DNA of 64,000 nucleotides. It comes from Phoronis australis. Taxonomy: Eukaryota > Animalia > Phoronida. Shown here one piece after another: positions 28,209-40,200 of the stretch. The stretch spans positions 511,942-575,941 of the forward strand of contig NMRA01000177.1 of NCBI GenBank assembly GCA_002633005.1, in the 5' to 3' direction. Position numbers and translations under genes: made by a program. The notes below the pieces were generated by a model, which ran no database searches, was not told where the DNA came from, and saw nothing but the letters and a program-made list of their open reading frames with translations. Position 1 is the first letter of the stretch, and the number at the start of each line of letters is the position of its first letter.

Positions 28209-31200
28209 TCAGAGAAGACCACTTGGACCAGGGTTATTAGCACCGCTCAACAGGGGACAAGGTCCTTCTGTCCACTGAAATAGAAGAAGCAACGCTCACA
28301 GAGACACCTGCAGTCACACTTCAATCACCTATTTACAGTGATGGATTCAGACCCAAAATAGGGAAGACATTTCAGTTTTTTTTGATAGAATGTCAATTAT
28401 CTCGTTCACAAATAACTGCAAAAATGGTCTACTTTCCCGCCACCTGTACAACAAAAACTCGTGCAACTACTGAAGGAGAATATTTAAGTTATTTCAGAAA
28501 ACTTAAGGAGTTTAACAAAACAAAGCTAGCACCACCTCGGTGGGACATTACTGTTTAGTGGTGGTATCATGCCATGATATTGATCCGGTAAAGAAGTAAG
28601 GGATAAATACACACGAAGGATGAAAGAGGGCAGTAGCATCACGATATGTGTAGCTCTTATTGATGTCACCCTGAATTTCACAGACTTTTGTTCCTCTCAA
28701 AGTTTCCATCAATTCTGCCCCAGATTTCCTCCCTACCCCACCAAGTCCTCCCAGGATGAGAAAAACGGCAGTTTCATGTCCGCAAACCATTACGGAGTCG
28801 TGAAAAAATCCTTCATCGCTTCTAGCAAGGCAAGTATGTCTGGAAAGCAATTTCAATGCACAGTGTGTCCTTACTGATCATGAGAAGAATATGGCAATAC
28901 AGGTCAGCCAGTATATAACAAGTGACCACTTGTGGGTTTCCCAAACAAAAGTCACAAAAGAAAGGCTTGCCAAGCTACCTGTATTAACGTGTGTTCTGTG
29001 GTTTGTGACGACTGAATATGATCTTCTAACAGCGACTGCGTGAATGAGGCGTGCAGCTGTTGACCTTCGACCTCCTTCAGCTGGTCTCCTTGTAATCTGT
29101 ATAAATCTACAACACAAAATGCGACATGGACGTTCAATGATAACCCAGGGGACAACCAAATCCTTGTAAATATTTATAGAATGGAAATCAAAATTTGAGA
29201 GCAATCATAGATCATATGTGCGACAGGAGACATTTTATTAACATTATCTGACATAATTTTTTCAACGATTGTAGAAGCAAAATTTACATTTTGCAAAAAT
29301 GAGAGAGCCCAAACAGTGGAAAGCAGAAAAAAATGAAACAGTTTACCAACTGACCTACTCAGCTCAGAGGAGGTGAGAGCGAGAGAAAAAAAAATAACTC
29401 AAGCACGGCCTTATTTTAGAACAAAAACAAACCCAGAAAGATTTAACACCAGGAATCCATGCATAACCTGATATTATGACAAGAGACAAAGATCTGAGGA
29501 CAAAAACTTTTTATCAAGAACAAGACAGTTGAACAGCTTACTAAACAAGTGCATCACCTTTTAGTGAGACGAAAACAAAGTTTATAAAGTTGGCATGGTT
29601 TTTAGCATTAATACTCCAGTTTAATGCCAGAACAGTAAAGTACAGTCTTAGGACACTGCACTTCAGTGTTTCAGAGGTGCTCATTGCAGCAGCGACAGCA
29701 ACATGGTACACATCATCACTACCATGGCATCATACCCCAGTGTGATGGCACATAATTTCTTACCTCTGAGTAGTGCAGATGACCACAGCTGGACGTGGAC
29801 ATCGGGTATTTTACTGGCTAGCTGCATGGCCGGGGTTACCATGTTCATGGCTTCCTGTAATGTCGAAGGCAGACAATAGGTGAAGGCATTGTCAATGAAT
29901 GGCAACAGATGGTGTTAATAGCCACTTCCTAGAATATAACAGCGCCCTCTGATTGTGTGATACTTACCCACAATGCCCTGCATCTGTAGGTCACCTAGCA
30001 GTTGTAGACTACTGCTGCGTTAATCACGAATTTGTATTTAGATTAGTTTACCAAGATTTGTCATTATTATGCCAATAAATGTTACTATTGCATAAAGAGA
30101 TGCAAAGCAGATATCAAAATATTAGAAACCAAAGTGATGCGTGATGAATTGTTCTTCAATTGTCCCAACTTCTCTAAGAAGAGTGCTAGTGGTGTTACCT
30201 ATTGGAAACTAGGTCAACCATACGACGTGCTTTTCTACCTCCGCAAATGAAGATTAGAATTTGGGATGTGGGAACTGGAACGTAACCATGACAACGGACA
30301 TAAATTCAGGGCAGAAAAATACAACTGTGTTTCAAGAGCTTACACGAAATATTCACAAAAGAACTTGAAAACATCTCCATAGTAAATAAGGAAGCGACAT
30401 CTGTATTTGTTAGACAACCATGAACTCAGAGCGTTACCTGACTGTTTCCTAGTGATAAAAATATATGGCCAAGAACGACTAGCGCCATCGATGTCAAACG
30501 GTTGAGATCCTCAGTATTGGCCATCTTCAGGGTTTCACGGAGGTAACGTCTGTAGAATAAAGCAACTATTTGATTGACAGAACTAAGTTAAGGCAACTGA
30601 TGTTAGAGGGAGACACCAGATGCGCAGTGGATTGTGGGAAATTGTTCATTTGTTTCACACGAAACACATCCATTTCCTGCCAACAGAGGGAGTGTACCTT
30701 CATTCTCAAGTTGTTTTCGGACCCTGATTGTCACTCATTCAACGCCGTGCAATTTAAGAATCTTATCAATGAGAACAAGTAAGATGACCTAATTATCGTT
30801 TCACAAACGGTCTTCTAGAGATTGAAGTAACAAGAGCTGGGTAAGAATAATCGCAATGTTGTGGCAATTCCTCACTTACTACGCACACAATATGGCCAGC
30901 AAGTGAAATTCTATAGACCTTATTCACACAGTACACATTTAAAAAAGCCTCTTTTTAGGTTTTAAAAAACACGCATTTGAGACATAAACATAATGAGGCA
31001 TGCGAAAAATTACGTTTTGCACTGTGATTAGGCACAGAATGAATTGAATTTCTCCACAAAAATTAAGATTAAGAACATTTTAGTCTCACTAGGCATGGAT
31101 TGTAGTGTGAAGATGTCTTAAAACATTATCTGAAACTTCCACTAATTGACCTATCACCAGGACAATGAGTGATGGCTTAGCTAACCAATCAGAATGCAGC

Positions 31201-34200
31201 ATTCTTGACACACATTCGTTTCCAAGCCGCCATTTTACCCGACAAACAACACGTAGCCGGGCAAAACTTATTGTTTGTTTGTCAACATTTTGCAAGGGGG
31301 CGGAGCTTGTGATAGGTCAATTGTAAAACATTCAATGGAAAATAATTGAAGAATTATCGTAATATTATTTTTCTTTTTCAAAAAACCTAAGCCAGCCACC
31401 TTCTGGCAGTTTTCAGTAAAAATGTACAATGTTCAGATACGTGATTTCTGCGTTTAGGAAGAATTGACAAATCGTTGTTGTTACAGACCAAACTCCTCGA
31501 GTTAGACATGACAGGCTCGTCTTTTACGTGCATTACCTATCTTTCATGAGTTAATGAGATCCTTGTGTCCATAAAAATAGTTAATGAGCCAGCATCAGAC
31601 AACACCACACAACAAACCACTAACAACCGATCAGTTTGGTACAGGAAGGGCACACAAGTTGCTAAGACGATATATCACTTACTTGGCCTCGTTATATCTT
31701 GCTTGGAAGAATGCTTGCAAACCCTTCACAAAATATGCAGATGCTCGAAGACTGTGAGAATGATACCTGAATGGTATTCAGAAATGAATCACTCCATAAC
31801 AAACTCACTACAACCACACCGACTCTTTAAATAATGACCCAAAACAAAGAGAAAGATGACTACTTCTGTTAAGTTTTCTAGAACTTTTAGGATTGTTACA
31901 TTAAATCGACCAAGTGTCATTAACATACTGCAAATATTTCTTCATCCCACACATTTACGACACTTAAGGACAATGAACCAAGTGTGGGGTATTTTTCGTA
32001 CGTAGACATTTTAAAAAATTCTAAATTTTTCAGTATCTGAATTCAAAGAAGTTTTTGTCATAACCCTCCGAGTTCATGTACTCACGTGGCTGACTGTGTA
32101 TCTGGGTCAACACTCTCCATCAGCCTAACAAACTCTGCCAGCCTATTGGAGCGTAAGAATACGATGGCCAAGTTCAACTTGGCAAAGATCCACAGTTGAT
32201 TATCAGCTGACATCTAAAATAACAACAAACAAAAGGGCCACATGACAATGAAGTGTTGTCATGGCGACATGATCAATAAGCAAAGCTGGGCTAGCCACAT
32301 ATAGATGAATAAATAGAAAAGACTGATTAATTCTAACTCACTGAAAGTCTGCACTTGTGAGATGGACCTCCCATTACATCTACGAGTTCTTCACATGTGA
32401 GTTGGGAGACAAAATAAACAAATTAGCATATCAAGAGATATCTTTTGAATATTTTATCTCTACCAGAAGGATAACCTGGATACGAAAACTTTCAGCAAAA
32501 ATTCACCAGAAAACTGTCAAGATAAAAGCTGATTTGTAGACTTCATGCAATCATCACTAAAAAGAGAAGCATCAAGCTTCTGATACATAACATAAAAACA
32601 AATCTGAGCATTGTTTTGGGAACACATTTAACCCTTGACCTATTTTCTCCCATGACCTCCCAGCTTGCCCTCTGACCTACTTTCAGTGCAGTTGTGAACT
32701 GTGCCTCAGCTGCCTCCATACAGTTCATGGACATGGCGTAAAGGCCCAGCAGTGTATGAAGCTGGGAGCCATGAGATTGCAGTAGGCGGGGCTGTTCTTG
32801 ACACGTGTGACAGGCTTGTAGTGTCTGGAAAAGGAAGAATGACAAATGAAACAAGAGAATGGAGTGGGCGTGTCTCTTGATGACGTGTGACAGGCTTGTG
32901 GATTGTAGGGTTTGAATACGAAGAGATGACAAATGAGGGCGAGAGTGAAGTTGTTGACAAGCGTGACAGACGGTGTCTCAAAAGGAAGAAATGACAAGTG
33001 AGGATAAAGAGACTTGGATAGGTATGTCATTTATTGAAACATGTGACGGTTTTGGAGTTTGTAGTGTCTGGTAAGGCAGATCTGACAAATAGGAACAAGT
33101 GAGTGAAGCAGGTGGGCGTGTTCTTGACATGTGTGACAGGCATGAAGTGCCTGAAATGGTAGACAAATTAGAACGAGAGCGCTCGGAGGAGCGAAACTTG
33201 GCGGAATTAATCGAAAAGATGACGATGGGGAGGACGACGACAATCATGATGATCAAAGCGGCAATTATGAATAACACGGTAACATTCATGTGAGTAGCAA
33301 AGGAATCAAATAGAGAGCAAACAATCAACTACAATAAAGAACAATAGATGGTGCAACATGACGGTCCAGTCTACAGTACGACAGTGCTGGCTGGGTCAGT
33401 CTGGGTCAACTAGGCATAACCAAAACAAAGTGAACTGAAAGCCAGCCAGCTGCGTGCTTGCATAGGTGACGGAATTGGAACAACGGTATCCGAAAATCTT
33501 GAATAATTCAAAAAGTAGATGTCGTAGCGCAAAATGGAAAATATTTTCTGGAAGCCCGTTCAAAACTCTATCTTAAGTGATAGTTTGGCAAAAATCCAAA
33601 AATTTTTCGAAAAATTTAAAATTTGCTATTTTTTTTGAAATTCAAAGTCAAATAACTCGAAAATGTTAAGTCTGAGAAATACGCTCTCGCAGACTTTTTG
33701 AAAGAGCATACTTCAAGGAATGCACATGCAAAAATTCACATCATTTGCTCTTCCCGTTAAAAACGCGACCCCAAAACAATTGAAAACGTGTGAGCATGCG
33801 CCACAGCCGCCATCGTGAGAGTGACTTCCGGTTAAACAAAATTTAATAAAAGCATATTAAACTCAACAAAACGTGACCAGTTTGAAAGTGATTGGTTAGC
33901 AAATGCGCCCTCTACAGGAGAATACGTTTTTGGCCCTATTTCGGGGTGCGCATGCGCCACTTCCAACATTTCCGCCATCTTTGACCAGAAGTCAACGATT
34001 TTCGACGCACTTGTAGCACATACATTCTAGTATAATCGTACCGATTTTCAGCCATGTACGTCGAAAAATGCGGCCTCTACGAGCATTTGACTGTGAAATC
34101 GGATACAAAATGGCTGCCACGTCCACCATTTCGTGAAAATCGGACGAAAATTGCAACCTGTAGAGTGCGAACAAAAAAAACTTGCTGTCAGACCAACATA

Positions 34201-37200
34201 CTTGGCGGAAGAATTCCGCCAAGTAATAAGAGAGTGAAGCAGGTAGGCATACACTTGACTTGTGTGATAGGTAGGTAATTTTTGAAAATGGAGAACTCAC
34301 AAATGGAAATAAGTGTGAGAGACTGTACATGGCGTGTGTGACAGGTTTGGAAAGGAAATCCGGGCATTACATGTACACCTAAGGAACTTGAGATTAAATG
34401 ACAAATACCATTTTTATGTAAATTCCAAACACGTGTCCACATCGTGTATTAACATAAATTTGCATAAATGTGTCATTTCTTGCATGCAACATTCCAATTA
34501 ACAATGAAATCAGATTCCAGCTTTCATTTCCATTTCTACAACATAAGCAATTTAAGGACCTGGCGAGTTGCTCGGCTGTTGAGCTGTCCGCCTCGTCCAA
34601 TGAAAGGCTCCCGAAACGTGCCTCAATATCATCTCGCTGTTCTACAAAGAGCAACACCAAAGCGATCCCAGACACGTGTGTCTACGTGACCTCTGACCTG
34701 TTCCCATACCTACCTCTCGTATTGCCGTAGTTTTGTTGCCTGTGATCAGCCGTACCATGACAATGTGTTCTAAGAGAAGGATTTGAAACGTTGATAACAA
34801 CGGGTGTTCATCTAGCACTGAAAACGACAAAAATGGAGATTTTCAAACAACTGATTTATAGACAGTAATACGCTCACATATTTAAATTTACATAAAAGCA
34901 TAGCTGCTTCCGATGTCAGATCTTTTTCACTCAACGCTCAACTAATCATGGCGTTTCAAACCTTGCTTACCATTGTTTAGGTGCAGCTTGACTTCAAAAT
35001 AATAACAAACTTGTCACACTCATAAAAATTACTTATACTAAAAATAATGCATGGGTAATGAAGTAAAATTCAAATTGAGGACTTCACAACAGCTTCCTAT
35101 ACATGTTCTCCCTGTGACTTACTACATTTTACTAACATTAACTAATGACTTGCATTGCAAACCCATGACATATATTATTATCAATAAATAAATAGTAAAA
35201 TATCACCAATTTCTGACAAAAAGAGCACCCGAAAGGGATCTTTTTTCGTTTTTCAAAAACTTCTAAGGTTGACATTAAATGGGCCCTACCGCACTTCTTC
35301 TGATAGACTTACTTTTGAGTTTATCTATCTGCTGCAGGGCTTTCTCTGTGTATTTCTGTGCCTTCTCCATGTAGCCAGCCTGCATAGAGTGCATGACTGT
35401 GACTAGGTAAACCAGCACGCACAGGTGTTCTTTGGACATCCATTGGAACATGTCTGGCTGTGTACCACCCAGAAGGTCTGCAATGTCAATCAAAACAGAG
35501 GTTACAGATTTTTGCCCAGAAATCAAGAGCAAGTTATGTAATACTCCACAGTAATTGATTTGTTATTTTGTACATAGCTATCACAATTACGTCTTGTGGA
35601 CAAACTAGGAGAGAACGAAGTATATTTAAAAACTACAAGGAATGTTTGTTCATTGAACATCAATTGGTGCATGTCAAGTTGAATACAGTCCAGAAAGAGT
35701 GTAATGAATGTCAATCAAAATATACTGAGTGTTCATTGGAGAACCACTAGTACATGTCCAGCTGAGTGCTGCCCAGAAGGACTGTAATGCATGTCAATCA
35801 AAATATACTGAGTGTTCATTGGATAACCACATGAACACGTAAAGCTGAGAACAATTTAGAAAGACTGTAATATGTGTCAATCGAAATACACCAGGAATTG
35901 CCGCAAACATGTCCCTTCAAATATAGGCCCAAAGTCTTTATACAGACAAATTTCGAATATAGGCCCATAGGCCTACTTTCAAAGCTACAGTTCTTTAGTG
36001 ACCCTCCCATGACCGCAATAGTCACCCATGACCCTTTGACGACCTCAGTAGTCACCCATGACATGACCAGTTAACTAGCAATGTCAGACAATATGCACTT
36101 ATGGATTCAGTCTTACCATCATCGTGTATTGATGTAATTGTCTGTATGCTCTGGTGAAGCTGTTTGAGGGAAGGCTTAACACTCTTCACCTAAAGAGAAT
36201 CAGAAAGCAACAGATGATTGTTCTGACCGGCAAAATAGAGCAACCCACACAAAGGCATCCTCAGCTTCTGATCGTCCCCAATACACCACATATAATACTA
36301 CGAGGTATGACACTCCCGACTAGAAATTCCACGGGTGCTTCACTTCAGCCCTCCATAGCTAACATAAAACTCAATAAATTTACACAAAACAAGGTTTCAA
36401 CAAACCATTTTCAATTGTTCTTTCATCCAATACCAATGGGCTTTTTGTGAACATTTTTGTTCTTTGACTGCGAATTTCTTACAAAGTCGCCGGAACAGGA
36501 CACCATGAATGATATTGGATGAAAGAACAATTGAAAATGGTTTGTTGAAACCCTGTTTTGTGTAAATTTTTTTAGTTTTATGTTAGCTATGGAGGGCTGA
36601 AGTGAAGCACCCATGGAATTTCTAGTCGGGAGTGTCATACCTTGTAGTATTATATGTAGTGTATTGGGGATGATCAGAAGCTGAGGACATCTGTGAACCC
36701 ACACACTAATACTGACAGCATTCATTTGCCATCCAAGCAAAAAGCAGACACGATGTCTGATATGCTGAGAATGTCACATGTGAACAGTCGTATAATTTGA
36801 TATAGTACTCTACAGACTTGAGACCTTGAGTTCAATAAATACTCGTTGTAGTTTCACAATAACGTTGCTTAATATTTCAGTATTCAGGTATAATAAAAAA
36901 TAATTGCAGGCGGTCTGATACACGTTGTACCAGACGTGCGCAGGCCTCGCATGTGGGCCCATTGCACTGATCACCTGGAAATATTTTTATGCTTTATTAA
37001 TATATGGTTAAAATATATTAATAAAGCATAAAAATATAAAAAGTATTCAGGTACATCTGATAGCGGATTCAGAAAATGTTAATAACCTTTGAGAAATGAT
37101 AAACGCGTAACCCAAAGGCATTTGACGAAATGTGAATCACAGTCACAAAAGTTGACAATAAGGCCAAGCATAAGAGATACAATACAAAATACAACAGACA

Positions 37201-40200
37201 CTGACTTGCTGAATGTTACTATAAACATTTCACCATTGACCACGTACTCTTGACTCCAGTCATCAAAGACAGAAAAGAAGGAAAATTGGCTTTTTTGCAT
37301 CATCTGCAATGTACTAGAGTGTGATCACGAGAAACAATAATTATGTGACGACTGCTCATACAGTTGAAACAATCGAGACCAGAAAAGTTCAGAAATTCTG
37401 AGCATTCTACAAAGTGTGTAAAAAGTGAGAAGAAAAGCGTAAGTCAGAAGTTGAACATACTCCACGAGAAAGCTCAGGCCGATGGGTGCTGAGCGCTACG
37501 ACCTCTGACCTCCACGAGCCACGCCCCTTACCTGTCCAGCCATGAGGAAGTGGGCCACCTGCAGCACCAGGAAGAACACCTTTAATGACTCTTTTTGATT
37601 GGCTTGACTGACAAACTGGTCGATCAGCTGGCCACAGAGGGAGAGAACTTGATGGACCTCCTGCAAGTCTTTATTGACTAACAAGATCTGGAAGAGAAAA
37701 GACAACAGCTAATAGCCACATCCTGAATTCAACTCTCCTCTTTTGCGAGGTAAAAAAGCCCACTGTGAGACTGTAACAGGAATGACTTTATCAACGAACC
37801 CCCATGAGAGGCCTACCATACAATCTATGTCGACAGTGAGGTGGTTAGGGATCTCTATACAGCTAGTGCGTGAGTTTTGTAAACAATCTGGCAAAACTTA
37901 CCACGGCTTGAAAACCACAATCTTCTTAAGGTCTAGCCTGGCTATTAGCATTGGTGGTAAGCCACATAAAAACCACTTAGCGTTAGTAAAAGATATTTCC
38001 ACATTTGTTACCAGCATGAGAAATCACTTCAGAACAGTCTTTAAATGAAAAACAATCCATCCACAATTAGCACTTTTCTTATAATGGCAAGTTCAGCATG
38101 ATCTCGCTATACAAGTAGGCCAATCTTGTTTTGGTATTCTTTCACAAATGTGGAAGGCATCAAATGAGTTGATTAGCTGACCAAAACAAAACTAGAGAAA
38201 TGGGAAAAAATGCAGAAAATTTATAACCTTTTTAATTGCCATATTCCAATATTTTACAAAAGCAGAGCTTTGACTGGGACTTATTGGGTTGATGTTGAAA
38301 TGAATGCATGGGAGATTAGCCTGAGCCACGTGAACATGCACACGTAAGTCATACATAAAACACTGGCCTTGGGCAATTTTGTTCACCCCATATTTCATAT
38401 CAGTGGTTATGGCAAGAGCTAATAGCCACTTCCTGAATCCAACTATGCTTTTTTGGGAGGTAGAAAGACAAAACTCATTGTATGACAGACTACTCTGGTA
38501 TTTCAGGACAGGCCTATTATCCTCTTCACAGTAGGAGACAACAGGCGACTCACCATGCCTTTGCTGAGAAGGAACAATATCCTTGTGTGTTCGTTGCGTG
38601 TAGATGCACAGAAGTCAGCCCCAGCTGCCAACAGACCACAGGCAGCACTGAACTCACGATCATTGATGTGCAGTTGCTGTGAATGGAATTGGGTGACATT
38701 ACATTTGTTATATATTGAGTTGGTACCAGCGATGACCAACTACTGAAAAAATCAAAGGCACAAGAAAAGATATGTAAATTCTTCACATACTTTTTATTTA
38801 ACACTATAATAGAAAAGTTAAATTTTGTTTAATCAATATTTCCAGATTAAATATTAAACCAAAAAATATCAGAATCATGGTCTCTACAACTGAAATATGT
38901 GAGTTCCATTTGAATTACTAACTCCGTGAAAAAAAGTCAGATTACGTGACTTCCACCCATTTTCTCTTCTCACAGAAAACCAGCGTCTCCCTATGCACCT
39001 ACATTATATATAATTCAGGAAGGCACACAAAAACGGGAGAGATAGCCAATTACATCTCAAAACCACAAGCCACACCGCAGCTGATACAGCTGCTATTTCA
39101 TAAAAAAATGCGGACTAGTTTTAATTAGCACGACTCACCGCCAGTTGGAACAGAAGTCTACACCTCCAGTAGGGGGACTGATGGGAGATGTCAACAGCTT
39201 TGCGCAACAGTGGCTTGGCGTTAGCTGTCTGCTTCTGTAATCGACAGAGACTGCAGCAATGAGCTGGCGTCATATATTAATGTAAAAAATAGCATAGTTG
39301 GTTCTGGTCAGTTTATTTTTAAAATGACGCAGTGATGCGGTATTATTTTGTGGTCAATATTTTCAAAAATAATCACCCGATTCTAGCCGAAATAGGTCAA
39401 CGTCCTTCATTTTCCCAGAGTCACCTGACCCCAGGTGAAATGGGTCAAAATCCTTACGTGTTTTTTCACCCCAGCATTACCTGAAGCCACCTGAAAGGGC
39501 CGGGATCATTCTTTTTTCTTGATTACCCAGCGCCACCTGATGCCAGCACTGAGGTGTCGGTTTAAAGATGAAATGGGCGCAGACCAGAACCATTAATGCT
39601 ACTTCTTGGCCTAAGTCTAATGCTTTTCCATGTTCAACTTTTGCACCATGACTGCCACCAGTCAAAGTTTTGAAAAACTCTGGACACTGACAACAATGTT
39701 AAAAGCCCTTGAAAATAAAAAAAAATATTTTTTTTATATTTACTTTTGTCCCAAATTGGTGAGATTTTACCGTACGCGACTCTTAAACTTACCATTTTCT
39801 CGTAGACCATAGCTAAAATACTGGCGGCTTCAAACCGGACATCCTCAAATGAAGTAAGCTGGGCGAACTGTTAAGGTCTCGAAAATTTGCAAATGCAAAA
39901 ATAGTCCATTAACCTGCCACAATAGACACACGCAGGCACGCAGACACACTAGTTAACATTACAGGGTGCTTCAATATGATGGAACCAAAATGGACATGTT
40001 GCACTTTCATATTGGATGGATATTTTTGAAACATCCTGAGGATTACTAACATAACTGTCATCTAATTACACNGGGTCAAAATCCTTACGTGTTTTTTCAT
40101 CCCAGCATTACCTGAAGCCACCTGAAAGGGCTGGGATCATTCTTTTTTCTTGATTACCCAGCGCCACCTGATGCCAGCACTGAGGTGTCGGTTTAAAGAT

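Noticed and set aside
39793-39858. Tandem duplicate of MAU2 exon 3 suggesting mutually exclusive exons
   Set aside because: Identical exon within ~630-bp copies that abut a single N; this is a typical contig-overlap artefact.
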